NCBI RefSeq assembly: GCF_009834535.1
Contig: NC_045697.1
Location: forward strand, 23,810,001 to 23,874,000
Direction of reading: 5' to 3'
DNA from: Camelus ferus
Taxonomy: Eukaryota
Length of the DNA stretch: 64,000 nucleotides
The translations under genes were made by a program, and so were the position numbers. Positions 24,101 to 39,299 of this stretch are shown here, piece by piece (the stretch's first letter is position 1; each line of letters starts with the position of its first letter). The notes beneath the pieces are model-generated. The model searched no databases, had not been told where the DNA came from, and worked only from the letters and a program-made list of their open reading frames with translations.

Positions 24101-27100
24101 TATGCATATATGGATATGTATACATAGATAAACATGTTTGTAGATATAAATAATTATATTCTGTTAGATCTTAAAAATGACAAATTAGATAAACTTTCTC
24201 CTTGATGTCCACAATGTCTGTTTTTGGCCTCTGTGTTGCTGCCACATCATTGACAAACACCAAGTGAAGGGGCATGAAAAGACACATTAAGAAAAGAATA
24301 AAAGTTCTATGTTATTCAGACTTAACTTTATTCACATATATGGAGCAGCTCATTTTATTCACATGTATGGAACAGCTGTAGAAAAGTATGGGGCTTTGGC
24401 ATTTGAGGCTTTAAATTTTAGTTTCTTCACTATTATAGTTGAGCAAATCACTAAATCTTACTCTCTTTATCTGTAAAATGGGAATAAAAGAGATCGCACA
24501 GAAATATTTTTAAATTGTATAATTTAAAATTATATTTTAAACAATTGTATAAAATATATTTATACAATTGTATAAAATTGTATACATTTCCTAGTAGAAA
24601 GTAGATGTCAGTATTCTTCCCTCCTGATTACTGTATTTTATTCTATCACTTCATTAAGAAAGATATCTAATAAGTTCATTTATATTAATATATAAATGTG
24701 GAAGCCTAATGTTTCCTCTATTACAGGTATTTGATTTAGACATTATCAGAGCTATAATCCAGAGAAAACACAAACAAGGATGATCTGATGCAGTTAATAT
24801 AATTGTCTGATATTATAAAGATTATGAAAATGTTCCTGAGGTCAAACCATCAGGCAGGCATCTTATCTGCCTCTGTGTAGGTTCAACCTAGAATGCAATT
24901 TGAATATGCAGATACAGTTATCCATACTTATTATATATTTCTGTCTTCATTCAAACTTAGTTGATTTGGTTTTCAGACTTAGTGGGACAAATAATATAAC
25001 TTTTGTTTGTTCAGAAATGACAATATATGTAAAAAAGAAATGATAATATATAAACATCTCTTATATGTAGACACTTGTGTGGGAAAATAGCAACCAGACA
25101 TTAGGACTTTTGAAAACCTGTACCCCCAAATCCAAATCTCACCTTCAGATTTAATTACTTGATTTCCCTAGGATTGTTGTTTAAAAAACAGGAAATTTTG
25201 ATAATCATTGTCATAACTGTAGTTTTTTTTATGTGTGTATACTTGACATACTTTGTTTTCATAGTAAATTGGCAGACATTTAAGATTAACCTATCCTTTG
25301 CTGTATAAAGTACTCTGGAATTATTTGAGAAAGTGTTTAAATCTCTGTGGAGGATTTGAAAACACTGAGGAATTGAGATGTATGCCTTTAAAGAAAAGTA
25401 AATGAAAATCCTTGAATAGTTAGTGCTATATTAAGGTGACCACATTAAAAGTGTTTCAGAAATTCTAAGAGGAAAAAAAAAACAGTATAAATTAGTGTAA
25501 TTGCATTATTGGCTTTCAAGGCTAGAATGTTTGTTACTGTATTTAATTCACAATAGGCAATTGATTGTGTTTTTAAATGAATGAATGAATATGAATGAAT
25601 GATTGAATGGTAACACATACATGCACAGTAAAACATTCATGATGGGATGTTAATGATCCATCTCATGTTAATGATTTGACTTTGACAAATGTATCAGCTA
25701 GGTTAATGTAAAGAAAGCAGAAAATAATTACACATAGAAGGGGAATGATGAGCAAAACCACAGAAACCACAATTACAATGAACTAAATGAACTATAGGGT
25801 TAAGTAAAAAGCATCCATGACAAAGCTATTGAGAGACAGAGTGAATGGGTGAAATAAAGCATCTTTTAAAACTTATGCATATATATATATATTTTTAAAG
25901 TCAGTATTTCCATAAAAATCTTTATAAAAACTACTGATATCCTTCCATCTACCTTCCCTGCTCAAAACCTTTTTTTATTTCTCATTGGTAACACCACTTT
26001 AAAATTGTGACATAATTTATAGGTAATCAATCACCTCCATGTTTATAAATAGAAGCTAATATTACTATTTTTAATATTTTAGAATAGATATTATCAAATG
26101 ATGTCTCAAAATAAATGATTAATACTTCGATTACTTACTGTCCTACCTCGTTTTCTCTTTTTCTTTTTCTTACACTCAGACGTGCATACTCAAATTCGTG
26201 CACTTCTTCCAACTACCCAGTATAATTATATTTTAAATTTTAGGTTGTTCAATACTTACTGTTTATGTTACCAGAATTATGTAAATACTATTATTAAGAG
26301 TTGAGTCATGTAGAATACTACAATTATATATCCTTTTCTTAATATAAATATTTGTTTTCTCTGAAGTTGATAGTTGTCTCAATATTACCATTGGTTTAAT
26401 TTCTATAAATTTATCAGCATCTTACATTAAGACTTTTTGCTAATAGTTAAAATCTTCTCAGTATGTCTTAACAGACCAAGCAGACTATTAGTGTTCTCCT
26501 CTCATTAAAGACTTAAAGCTCTCTCTTCTGCTTACTGCTTATCTCTGAAAAGGCAGCTTCATAAGTCATCTTGATAAGTCATCATTTTCTGGGAATCTGT
26601 TTTCTCATTTGTCATGGGGATTCCCATGGTTTCTCTCCTTTTCCTAGATTTTAGTATTTAGACATCTTGGCTTACTAAACTTGTTTTGATGGGGAAAAAA
26701 ATATTTCAATAGTTCCTTGAAGAAAACCATATAGAAAAATTAATATTTTGCATGTGTTTAAATGATTAATTTATCCTTGTCTTGGTTTTGTATAGAATTC
26801 TTAATTGGACTTTATTTTTCTCAGAATTTCAAAGTCATTGTACTATTTCTTCTAGGTTTCATTGTAGCCATTTGACAAATCCAATGCCATTTTGTGTCTA
26901 TATGCCTTTTTTCTTAAATTCCTGGATGCTTTTAGCATGGATTTGTCTTGAATTTTATGGCTATGTAAAGTGACTTTCTGAATTTTTGCCCTTCCATTGT
27001 GGTAAGTGCACTGTCCATCAGTTCTTGAAAATGTGTGTTTGTGTGTGTGTTTAATATACTTCCTGCCTGTTTTGTTTAGGGGCTAGTTACGCTCAGAGAT

Positions 27101-28963
27101 TGAGATTGTCTTGCCAATTGTTTATTTAACATAGTCATGTTTGCTGTGGTATTTATCAGAATTTCACAAGCTAATAGCATATAGGATAATGTCCTTAATA
27201 AGATGATCAAGAAATAACATAATCCAAATAAATGATAAATTAATTACACTATTGTGCCAGGCAGTGGGAGGTGGTAGAAATAAAGTCCATATTTAGTTGA
27301 GCTCTACATTTTCTACAAGTTTGGTTTCTCCAGAGAGCCAGCTTACACAGAACTGACTTTCAGCTGCCAGTGCAAAAATCCAAGCTGCTTGTTGCTAAAG
27401 CTCATTGCTAGGGAATGAAAGCACAAGGTTGGCGAGCAGTCTAGCCTACACCCAGGGTTATCCCTCCAGAGACCTGTTTGTACCATTGCCGAGGAGGGAC
27501 TCACTCAGGTAGGAACGGATGTCTCTTCTCTTCCTGAGACTGTTGCACAGTTTAATACCACTGCCAACTAAGAGTAGCCTGGCCATGGCAGGAGCAAGCG
27601 TCTCAGGATCTTCAGAGAGCTAGATCAGTAAAGGGTAGCTTTTCCCTGAACGAAACTCAAAATAGCCCTCACAAACTCTCAGTATTTGTAGCCTGAATGT
27701 CCCCACATCATAGTTGCTTCCATGTCTGTTTTTATTAATAAGCCCCCAGCACAGCCCCTCAGCAGCTGAACTGCTAAAAGTTTATCAGAGACAACAGATG
27801 AGATGATGACGTTCTGACCCAACTTACTTCATTCTTATTTCAAAGCAACTTTACTTCTGAAAATAAGATTTTGTGTTTTTTTGTCATAAACAAGTGGACT
27901 AAAACAATTTTACTTGTCTTAACAAGTGGATTGAAATTATATGAAACCATTACATCTGTAATGCCTATACTGAGTCTATAGTTTTTTTTTAATCATTTCT
28001 TTGCCATTTCATCTCTCTCATTTTTAATGTTTTACTCCTTTAGTGGTACCGCATCCTTATCTTGTAATAAATAGTAAGACTTCTTTTGGTTGTATGAATG
28101 ATCATTTTTATAGTCTTCTCTTAATTCCATGATTACAGTACCTTTTCTGCTCATTTACCTTATTTACTCCTTTTGTTTTAGATTTTTTTTATCATTCTTT
28201 TTACTCTCTTTTTTCAAAGTTCCGAATTTTTCTTTGTTTATAATGATCTTCATCTTATATGTTAGACCCTTAGATACCCATGAATCATATGAAATTTTTG
28301 CCTTTACTACTATATAGATGTTTTCTCCATTAATGAATCTTTTAATCCCATATCTAGGGTCATAAACCTGGCTGCTATCTTTATGTAAGTCATTGCAGTT
28401 AACTTGATTTAAACCTGTATTTTCTCTATGACCCTTGATCTCACTTGTGCCTGAAGACTCCAGTCCAAAGTTTAGTTGAAATTCCAGTTGAAACTTTCGA
28501 GAGAGTAAAACTTCAGTTTTAGGTCTGGGTGAATATGTGATTTCAATCACTTCAGTTTTCAGTCTTTATTCTTTGTTTTAGCCACACATGTATCCACCCT
28601 TGTCATCACTTTTTTAGCTTTACTGTCTTTTTCAGTGCTAGATGTGAACAGTTTTCTCTTATTGCTAGCTTAAAGTTGGTCTTTTAGGTTTTAGTTTTCT
28701 CTGTTCTGCTAAGCCACTTTAAACTTGTTTATCTGCTTTTCATATTTTTAAATGATTTAAAATGTCTTTTCCTGTTCTTTGCTCATGAAGCATTTATTAG
28801 TTTATAACAATTTTAGTTGGGTTTCCTCTGGACATCAAAGTAAATTGATATGTTTGATCAACCACAATTAGTTGATACTGAAGCACTATTTAGAAAAAGT
28901 GTAAACTACCATCAACCAAGCTAAACATAATCTTTCCTTTTGTGTTATTATGTATGAATTTCC

Positions 28964-29360
28964 TGTAGTAGGCTGAATAATTGCCACTGCGAGATATCAG
29001 GGCTTAATCTGTGGAACCAGTAAATGTTATCTTATAATGAAGAAGGATTTTTTTCAAATTATTGAATTAAGTATCTTGAAATTGGGAGATTATCCTGGAT
29101 TGTTTTGGGTGTCTCCTAAATGCAGCACAGTGACCTTATAAGAAAGATGCAAAGGGAAATATGATACAGATAAAGGAGGAGAAGATACACACACACAGAA
29201 AAAGTAATGTGAAATCAGAATCTGAAAGAAACAAAGAGTGGAATCTCTGTGAAAGCCCCCAGAGGTGCTGTGACCAAACAAACACCTTGATTTGCACAGT
29301 GAAACTGATTTTGGACTTCTGGCCTCAAGAATTGTGAGACAGTTCATTTCTGTTGTTTAG
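28964..29360 (+). mobile_element. MaLR LTR (MLT1C/D-like)
   Basis: tgtagtaggctgaataat...gggagattatcctggatt...ttttggacttctggcctc..gaattgtgagac...tttctgttgttt. Confidence 0.8.
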
Positions 29361-29727
29361 CACAAATGTATCTATGCTGTCCCATGTATTTAGACTTTAG
29401 ATTTGTCCCTCTTCAAAACTATGGTTCAACTGATTAAAAAAAATTAGGTATAACTTAACAATGGTAAAACAAAACCACATTTCTGTGTGACAAGACCATA
29501 TACCATAACCATCCTAAATGAATAGGTTTAATGCAATGAAAATCAAAATCCCATCAAGAATTTACAAAGGATTTTAAGATTTATTTGAGAGTGAAAATGG
29601 GAAGACTAACTCAAAACAACTTGAGTAAGTTAGGACATAAAATTGCTGTATGGGTAGAGATTATGTCTTACCATAATATATTCCATGTAACATTCTATAA
29701 ATACTTTAGAGTGAATGAAAATGAGAA

Positions 29728-30470
29728 ATGAGATAGGCAGAATTATAAGATGATACCCAAGATTTCTAGACCTAAATATACACATTCCTGTATAATTCCT
29801 TCCCCTAGTGTAGTGGGGGCTTGTGAATGTGATATGATTTCACTCCTATAATTATCAATTATATTTATCAGTTATGTGATAACATTTACTGGTTTCACAG
29901 ATTAGGACCTGACATCTTGTTGTGGCCATTATTCAGCCTACTACAGGAAATCCACACATACTTAACCATAATTAATTGATACTGAAGCATTACTTAGAAA
30001 AATTGTATGCTATTGTCAACCAAGCTAAACTTAATCTTTCCCTCTGTGTTAGTATATATGCCTTTAAAAGAGGGATTGGGTCCTTCATGAAGAGAGAATT
30101 TTGAAGTCAGAGATTCTGCTGATTCTGAAACAAACAAACAAACAAACAAAAACACGACAACAAATGTCATCTGTATGGGCTGTGTGGTTTGGACTTGAGG
30201 GCACCCTCTAGGACCTGAGAGCCACCCGACCTACAGCAATCAAGAAAATGAGAACAGAGTCCTATAACTATGACGAACTGAATTCTTACCAACAATAAGT
30301 CAAGGTTCTAGATGAGAATGTGGCCTACCCAAAGCCTCGATTACAGCCTTGTGGAACACTCAGCAGAGGACTCAGGCCATACCCAAGCATATGTCCCACA
30401 GTACTGTGAGATAATAAATTAAACTGCTATGTTTGTAGTTATTTGGAAAATAGGAATAGAAAACTAATCT
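29728..30470 (+). mobile_element. MaLR LTR (MLT1E-like) interrupted by a templated insertion
   Basis: taggcagaattataagatg...cctttaaaagagg...ctctaggacctgagagcc...gaactgaattct...ttctagatgagaatg...atagaaaactaat. Confidence 0.7.
29872..30060. repeat. Local duplication of 28860-29037, rearranged as an inverted piece plus a direct piece
   Basis: 29872-29960 is the reverse complement of 28949-29037; 29964-30060 is a direct copy of 28860-28956; roughly 80-85% identity by eye. Confidence 0.9.
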
Positions 30471-32810
30471 AAGAAGGAACTTGCTCAAATTGGTATTAAA
30501 CATATCATAAATGTTCAATAATTAAAATAGTTTTTTCTTGCATAAGATTTGATTGGAAGATCAATGGCTCTAATTAGAAATAGACATAATTTTATATATC
30601 AATTTTATTTGTAAGCAATGTACATTATTAGCTAGATTAGAAAGAACATTTATTCAGTAAATGACATTAACATCTACTACATCTAATTAGAACATCTAAT
30701 TATTTTTGATATGTAAAAAATAGCTAATCACATGGTATATTTTAAAATATATTACAGATTGATTAATAATTTAAATGAAAGCGATAAACTGACAAAAGTA
30801 GTGGAAAATAAGGTTGAATATTTTTTCTGAACTAAGAAAAGGGAAACATTTCCCGTATGTTAACAGCAAATGGAGAACTCCCAAGGACAATACATGCAAT
30901 GATGACCCTATCTGTTTTAACAAGGTAGACTACAATAAATAAATCCGTTTGACAAACTGACATATTTAAATTTCTTTCACTCAAAGATCAAAAACTTAGA
31001 GAAAGCCATGAAAATATATTTAAAACATGTATTGAAAGCAATACAAATTGTGCATGCCTAATAAAAACATGGCCAGTAGCCTTGTTCCACATGCATCATA
31101 ACCTGCCCTGGACTATTGCCCTATCTACGTAAACTGCTACATTATATCATCATTAGTGTATGTATAATGGTGTCCCACTCCAAGGCCATTGAATACTGAA
31201 ACAGACTGATACCTAACTCAGTGGTTTGCCAATTATTTATGGCCTGGCTCAGACAGAGAAGTTGTAACAGTTAATTCCTTTTCAAAAATTTGACCCAAGA
31301 GCCACAGAGACTATTGCCTCTTTTAAGAGCATTGAACTAAGGGATCTAGGTCTGCCTTTTCATGGCCTTGTGTGCCTAATGAGTAAAGTGAGAGACAGAC
31401 AGAGAGAATGGAAGGAAAAGAAAGAAATGAAGAAAGAAAAGATAAAGAACAAAAGAGAACAGAACAGAAAAGGCAAAGACGATGAGAGAGTAGTTACAAG
31501 GAAGAGAAAAGGGAAGAAGAGAATATTTAGAAAAGATTAAACACGCAGGGTCTGAGTATCGCAAAGTACAACACCCATGAGGATGTACAGAGAAGAGAGG
31601 AAGGCATCCCAGGCTATGGAGATTGGTGTGTACAGATCATATTTGGAAAATAAGAGGAGCATGTGAAAACCACAGAGGAACCACAGATCATGAGAAAGCA
31701 AAAGAGCTGAGAAGAGCCTTACCTAAATAATCTGGTATTAGAGAGCTCTATTTAATAATTATTTTCTGGGCAACAGAATATTGAGCAATGTGGGAGAAAT
31801 GATGCATACCTCTAGTTGATGACCTGTGTGTATAAGCCTGCTACAGAAACTGCTCAAGAAGTAATACAAAACTTATTTACCTTTCCTACTCTCTTGTGCA
31901 TCAAGGAAAGACAAAGATAAATTACAATAGACAATTTTCTCTCATCTGTTAAGTTTTCCATCAAATTCCTGGAATTTCTTTAGGTCATTTAAGAACATGC
32001 TAACAATCTATGTATTTAACTTTTACTTTGTTAGTTTTATTATGAAGATCTATTTTAACACTAATTCACAGAACTTGATACATTGTTCAGTTTCTATATT
32101 TTAATCTGATGCTTTGGGGACAAGATTCTGGTAGTAGGTATGTTAGAGATATTGATTATAATTTTAAAGATGTGTTTTTAATGCACGTATGATATCCTTG
32201 CTTGTAAATTTCTTGACCTTTACCTACCTTCCATCATTTTCTAAGGAACCCTAGTTTGTTTTAGTGAGATAGGCTTTTGAAGATCCCAATCTGGTTCAGT
32301 AGGGTTACTCATTGTTACTGGGTTGTTTTTACTTTTAGGACCTTGTAGTGTGCAGAGCTTGAAAATAAGTATTTTTTTGAAAGAAAGGAAAATTGAATCC
32401 TGAGTTTACACTGTTTATACTTCAAATATAAAGTTGTAGGATTTTTCTTCTACATTTTTTGTTTCATTTCTCTACTACCTACTATTGTTTTAGCCACACT
32501 TACTCTGTTAATACTATTATAGTAATGTACTTTCATTAGATCTCCAAGAAATTCAGTTTATTTTCCATAGAAATAAAACTCTGTCATTTTGTGTAAATAA
32601 TGTACACATTTTCTTTAAAAATAATTAAATTTTATAATATTGCTTTTATAATAATTTGCATGCTGTTATATATAGTAAATATATATAATAAAATGAACAC
32701 ACACAGAACTGGCACAAAGAGATTTATGAACAACATAATTAACTCTTTGTAAGCACTGGATTTTATTTATGGTAAGTACAAGGTCATATTGAAAACTACC
32801 CAAATAGCTT

Positions 32811-33141
32811 TGTAAAAAATTAGTAAAGGAAAACCTCAGTAAATAGAGTCATGGTCAGAAGGAGGAACTTTCATGCTCTGAGGCAATAGCAGAGCCCAAC
32901 AAGAAAAAGTAAAACTCCTCCTCTTCCTTGCAAGAACTCAGCCAATGAAAGCCATGGACTCTGTTTATTACTCCCAACTTCTTTTACTCTCTATAGAAGC
33001 ATTCTCTCCCTCTGCTGTGTAGGGACTTGCATGTGGCTCACCATGGTTACAGACCCCTAACTGCAATTCTATACTGATCCTGATTAAACCCATCTTTGCT
33101 GGAGAAATATCTGGCAGTCTGTTATTTGTCTCAGGGCAGCA
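32811..33141 (+). mobile_element. ERV1-class solo LTR
   Basis: TGTAAAA...CAGCA with CCAAT box and attaaa signal; TSD GCTT (32807-32810 / 33142-33145). Confidence 0.8.
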
Positions 33142-36059
33142 GCTTCAGGCATGTTACAAAAAAAAATAAGGTGATGTGGGTAAGTGGAATTTTTGAAGAT
33201 AGCTTCCACTGTTTAATTAGGGAGAATTTCCATCTTCACCTATGTCACATTTGTTTAAGCTTCCTTTTTGATTCGTATTAGAGTTAAGTAATAATACTCA
33301 CACAGTTCTGTATATTTGGGGTTGTTTCTTCCCAGTGTTTTTAAAGTTTATTTGTAAATGTAAATGGTATCTATGTTTCCATTACACTTTGTTATCTAGG
33401 CAAAATCTGCTTTTATTAAAGTTGATGCATCTGTTTTGAGATTCTTTCTCCTTTCCAATCCATATTCTATACTCTTGTCAGATCAATCTTTTAGAATATA
33501 ATTTAGTCATTTCATTTATAAAAACTATTAAAGTTACGAGATAAAAATAATCTGAACTCATGGAAGACATCTCTACTGATAGTTAATTTCCCTTATTTTC
33601 TTATTATAAATTAATATTAAATAATCCATAAATTAAGTGCTTAATTTGCTACATTTACCAGCAAAGATTTAATCCCTAATTAATTGATATGTTTCATTTC
33701 TTTTAAAATATTTATCATAATAACACTTAATGGCTTATAGTCTTGGTTTAGTAATGGTGGAGGAGCTGATAAATTTTAGGTCTAAAATTTAGTGGTGATC
33801 TGATCCATCAGGGTGAAAATGAACAAGTGATAATGTCATAGTGGCTAAATCCACTTGATTTGTAGAGTGTAATATGAATAATTACATAAAAAATTTAGTG
33901 CAACTTAGAACAATGATTTATAAATTTCGAATTTTTCATTGCTTTTGTTATAAGCCCTTTTGTCTGTTGCTGTCTTTGGTCAGATAACTCCTTTCAACCT
34001 TTAATTACAATTACATTGAGAGGGAGATAAATGAACAAATAAATGAACAAATAAATGCAACTATTTATTTGAAATTTATTTGAATTTATAGTGTATAAAC
34101 TTCACAAAACAGTTTCACTCCCAGATAGTTGCCTCTTCCTAGCTAAACACTTAACCAGATAGCCTAGCATTCTGAAAGACTAGGGAGTGAAGATTCTGCA
34201 TGAAACTGGCTGCATATTTTTTGTGACCCTTGAATCAGTTTTTCCTGTCTTAGCTTATATTTCATATAATAAAGAGCCTCTTATTTGTCCCCTTCGCTGC
34301 ATTATAGAACCAATATTGTCCAGATGTAACCCAAAATAATGATTGTTTCTTTTTCTCCTTTTTTGTTTTTTTGTTCTGAGAAATGTTCTTTTATTTTTTC
34401 AAGATAAGCTATTCTTATGGCCATTGGCAGTCAATGTAAAAGTAGTAAAATTCTATCAAATGTCAGCACTCAATTAACAATGAACTTTCAGCAAACTCTA
34501 TTTGTGTCCACATTCTATTTTATATACAGGCTTAAAGTTGTGATTCATTTTTTAGCACCGTATATACAATTGAAACCCAGTAAAAGGCAAGAATAGAAGG
34601 CAGAAATGATCAGTTTGAATGTAAAAATAAATATTTTTACCTATAGGAAGCCATCCTATTTCTTGCTTGAGGGAATTGAATACCCTGTAACATAATGTAA
34701 TCTTTAAAAGCATAATGGCACAGAGACAACTCTGAATATAGTGCACAAATTCTGACATTGACAAATTGTCCAAGAGTCGATGGAATATAAATGGGACTGA
34801 CAAACTTTCAAATTCCATTGACGTTTAGGTACTTTAAAAATCAAACTGCTCAAATCATTTTAATCCTAGTACTTGTACAAGATTTTTAAAGCCTGTTTTT
34901 AAAAAAGTCTGAAAACACAATATTGCACTGTGTTATTATATAAAGTTAGCAAGAAAGAATCTAATATAAATCTAAATTTATAAAAAATCACTATTCTAAA
35001 AGAACAGAAATGTTGATGTAGTAAAAAAAAATAACAGCTACATCTCCTCTGGCACTAAGAAAAAGATAGCTATCCATTAAGAACTTCCTCACATTTCTGC
35101 AACAACACCTACAAATATTTCTGTAAACATTGTTATCTTTTTATTCTATCTGTTCCTCTCTGTCCCTTCCAGAGAACTCTGTCCCTCTGCCCAGATTCTG
35201 TCGGCCTTCTCTAGCACCTTGCATTGTTTAATTAATTATCATATGTTGTTCTTCCTCCTCTCTTGAGTCCTTTTCATGAAAAAATTAAACTTACTTTTTT
35301 TAATTCTCTCCAATGCCTCAATCTCAAAATAAAAATTTGTTTTCCTCACTCCACATTTTTTTCTCGATTTTGTTTACTTCATTATAACCTCCACATTTTC
35401 TCCATACTGCACTTCTAACACAGAAGCTGTCAGGGTTTTCTTTATTTGCAAAATATTCTTTTAGAATATTGAAATGTCTAAGGATTCTACTAAAGGCTAT
35501 GAGTATTCACAAGACTATGAAATGCTTAGAAAAGAAACTTATGTATTAAATTATTAATAGGTACATATCACATCTTAATAGAATATAATGTATAATTTTA
35601 AAATCCTCCCCAATTAGAAAAATCTTGAGTGTGTGTGTATATAGCAATAAAAGTAAGTACTTACTACATACAACTATTTTTAGTGAAAGAAGAAATTTTA
35701 GGTTTGGATAAATAGAAAAGGAAGGGAAAGCTAAAAATTATGAAGATGTCAATTCTCCACAATTAAATTTATAGTTTTGATACACACAAAATTAATATTC
35801 CAACAAATCTGTTCTGGAATTTGTCAAAAACTTTCAAACGCTTATCTTTAAGAAGAAAATAACTGAGAGCATAAAGGGAAGTTCAGGAATGTTCAGGAGG
35901 AAAAGAGCCCTACCTCATACTATAAATTTGAAATTACATTTTAAAGTTAAAAGAATATAAGCAGTGTGATAATCAGAAAGGATAATGATTATTGATTAAT
36001 AACTAAAGGATAATTATTTATTGATTAATACATTAAAATTGCAAAACAAAAATGCTTTA

Positions 36060-36996
36060 AGACCTAAACAAGCAATTCTCCAAGGAAGAAATACAAATGA
36101 TCAATAGGCACATGAAAAAATGCTCCATATCACTAATTATCAGAGAAATGAAATTCAAAACTACAGTAAGGTGTCACCTCACACCAGTCAGAATGGCCAT
36201 CATTCAAAAGTCCACAAATGACAAATGCTGGAGAGGCTGTGGAGAAAAGGGAATCCTCCTACACTGCTGGTGGAAATGCAGTTTGGTGCAGCCACTATGG
36301 AAAACAGCATGGAGATTCCTTAAAAGACTAGGAATAGACTTAATCTTATGACCCAGGAATCCCGCTCCTGGGCTTATATCCAGAAGGAACCCTACTTCAA
36401 AAAGACACCTGCACCCAATGTTCATAGCAGCACTATTTACAATATCCAAGACATGGAAACAGCCTAAATGTCCATCAACAGATGACTGGATAAAGAAGAA
36501 GTGGTACATTTATACAATGGAATACTACTCAGCCATAAAAACTGACAACATAATGCCATTTGCAGCAACATGGATGCTCCTGGAGAATGTCATTCTAAGT
36601 GAAGTAAGCCAGAAAGAGAAAGAAAAATACCATATGAGATTTTCTCATATGTGGAATCTAAAAAAAAAAACAAAAAAAAAAAAAACCGTAAATACAAAAC
36701 AGAAACAGACTTATAGACATAGAATACAAACTTGTGGTTGCCAAGGCGGTGGGGGTGGGAAGGGATAAACTGGGAGTTCAAAATTTGTAGATACTGACAG
36801 GCATATGTTTAATAAATAAACTAGATTATACTGTATAGCCCAGGGAAATATATACAAGATCTTGTGGTGGCTCACAGCAAAAAAAAAAATGTGACAATGA
36901 ATATATGTATGTTCATGTATAACTGAAAACTTGTGCTCTACACTGGAATTTGACACACCATTGTAAAATGACTATAACTCAATAAAAAATGTTTAA
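36060..36996 (+). mobile_element. 5'-truncated young L1
   Basis: ORF2 C-terminus ([10 protein letters not shown]...HCWW) plus 3' UTR, closely similar to the full-length L1; TSD AAAAATGCTTTA (36048-36059 / 36997-37008). Confidence 0.95.
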
Positions 36997-39299
36997 AAAA
37001 ATGCTTTATGTAAGGAAAAAAACTGAGGCTTTGTTAAATAAAAATTATACATTCTGAAAAAGTGATGGATCAATTAATTCCTAAAGACTCAATTATCTTT
37101 TTTGCAAGGGGAGAGACTAACTTTCAGATAGGTATACCCATAGCAAAGTTATCAGTAACTTCTCCTGGACCTCTATCTTGATGACTGTAAGGCATCTTAG
37201 AATCAACCTGTCAAAATTCATTGTCTCTTTCCACAAAGTAGCTTTTTCTTTAATGTTCCCTGTCCGAGGTAATGTCATCATAATCCTTCAAGTTGCTCAA
37301 ACCAAAAAATGTTTTTATGATTGACCAGTGTAGTTTTTCTTTGTAGATTTATTTTACTTTAAAAGTTATTTCTCATATGTCTACCAATGAAAATTCGGCA
37401 TATGTAGTGCAATTCGAAGGATGAAGTGATCAAAATGTTTTGTTGATTGACAGCATAAGTGGTCCTTTCTGATTATACTTAAAGATGGCATTCCTTGTCA
37501 GCTGTACATGACTAGTAGATTCAAAACTGTCCAGAAAAATTCATAAAGTTTCTTAGATATTTTCTAGGGAATTTCACCAGGTAATAATAGAGTTGATGGT
37601 ATCATACTACTTTATTCCCTATTAAAGGATTTTATCCAATAAACCTACTTGCATTCAACCTATTTTATGAGTAGGTTGAATTTCTTTATCTTCAGAGAAA
37701 TTAGTCCATACAAAAATAGACATTAACACCAGTTAATATGTTACTGTAAACAGTTTTGCATATGTATATTTTAGTTCTTCCAATAAGATTAAAATGTAAA
37801 GTATTTCATTGTTCCCACTGCCATCTCTCATATAGGTCACAGACCCAGATTTAGATTCAGTGCTTTGAAAGTTAAAAAATATTAGGAATATTGAATGCCT
37901 ATTATGTGTTAGACTGACATATTTCATTTCATTTAATTTCTTAACAGCTCTACAGAGTAAAAGTTTCTTTTTTGTATACATAAGGTAATTTATTTAGTGG
38001 AATTAGGCTAAAATTTGAAATAGACTTTAAACTTAAAGTTTGTTTCCATTTTATAAAATACTTAAGGAAAATAAAACATTACTTTCTATGCCATTTTAAT
38101 GATAGTAAAAATATAACACCAAAACTTTAATCCAAGAGATAAGAATTTGTAATGCATGTAAAGAATATAGGTTAGATGACAACAACTTTGGCAAATGTTG
38201 ATTTCTGAAAATGATAATTCAGTGTTTTATATAAAACCATGCTAGAAATTAACAGCAGTCAGTATCCTAGGTGATGAAGTTCTATGAATTTAATTAAACA
38301 GTATTACGAATTAATTATGAATACAGTTAAGCAGTATCATGGAGTTGTTGCCGTTTTGATGTAGTAGAATTTGGTAAGTTTGATTTAATGAGAGATACAG
38401 CTTAAGGAAATGAACACTAAGATTTTATTATTGGATCTAACTGTTTGGCTACCTTAATGCCATGGCTAAAATTTTAGGAAGAGAGATAGTTCATAAGTTA
38501 TATCAGTAATGTTTTGTGAGGTTGTTTTACAGACAAATTAAATAAATAATAAAAATCAAAGAAGAGTTGGGAGTACAGAAGAGAACTTAAGTACTTTGTC
38601 TTAAGCAGTGCTGGCATTTATATCTATTCTTTCATTTGATATAAAGAACAATCTTAAATTGATACTTATAAACATAAAATATAAGGAATATAGAAATCAT
38701 AAACTCCATTGGATTTTACTTTTCTGTGGGTCTTTACATCTTCTTTCTCTAAATAAAACCAGGATCCTTGTAGGTATCCCTACAGCATTTGCAAGAGGAG
38801 GCAATTCTCTTTTCCACACCTCCTATATCTCTAGTACATGTAGATGGATAGGAAGCTTGTTGGTTCCCTACTGCCCTTTCTGTTAAATGTCTCCTTTCCC
38901 TATTTTTTTTCCCCTCAAATCTCCAGCATTTTTGAAGTGTGTGTAGTCAAGATTTCATATACTTCTACCTTCCCCTTAATGTCATCTAAGAATCTTCCAA
39001 TTGTGTTCCTTCATTCTGATAATTTAAAAACTTTGGGTCACTGTCTTCTCTACTTTTCCTCTTACTGTTCTTGTGAAATTCAAAATACAGTATATGATTG
39101 CTCTAACACTAATCTCACATTCTTGACCATGCCGCTTTTGAGGATAATTTCTTCCTCTCTAATCCATTCACTTATGCACAGAGTTATAGCCTATATTCTG
39201 TCATCACAATACATGTTCTATCTCCCAGTTTCTATGTAATGCTTCCCTTTTCTGATCTTGACCTCCAATAAATCCAGCTCATCTAATATCATACTCTAC

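Noticed and set aside
34647..34828. CDK-like (HPISCLREL) or TRP-channel-like (MEYKWD) resemblance
   Set aside because: Short motifs in different frames with no supporting motifs; not enough to name a gene.
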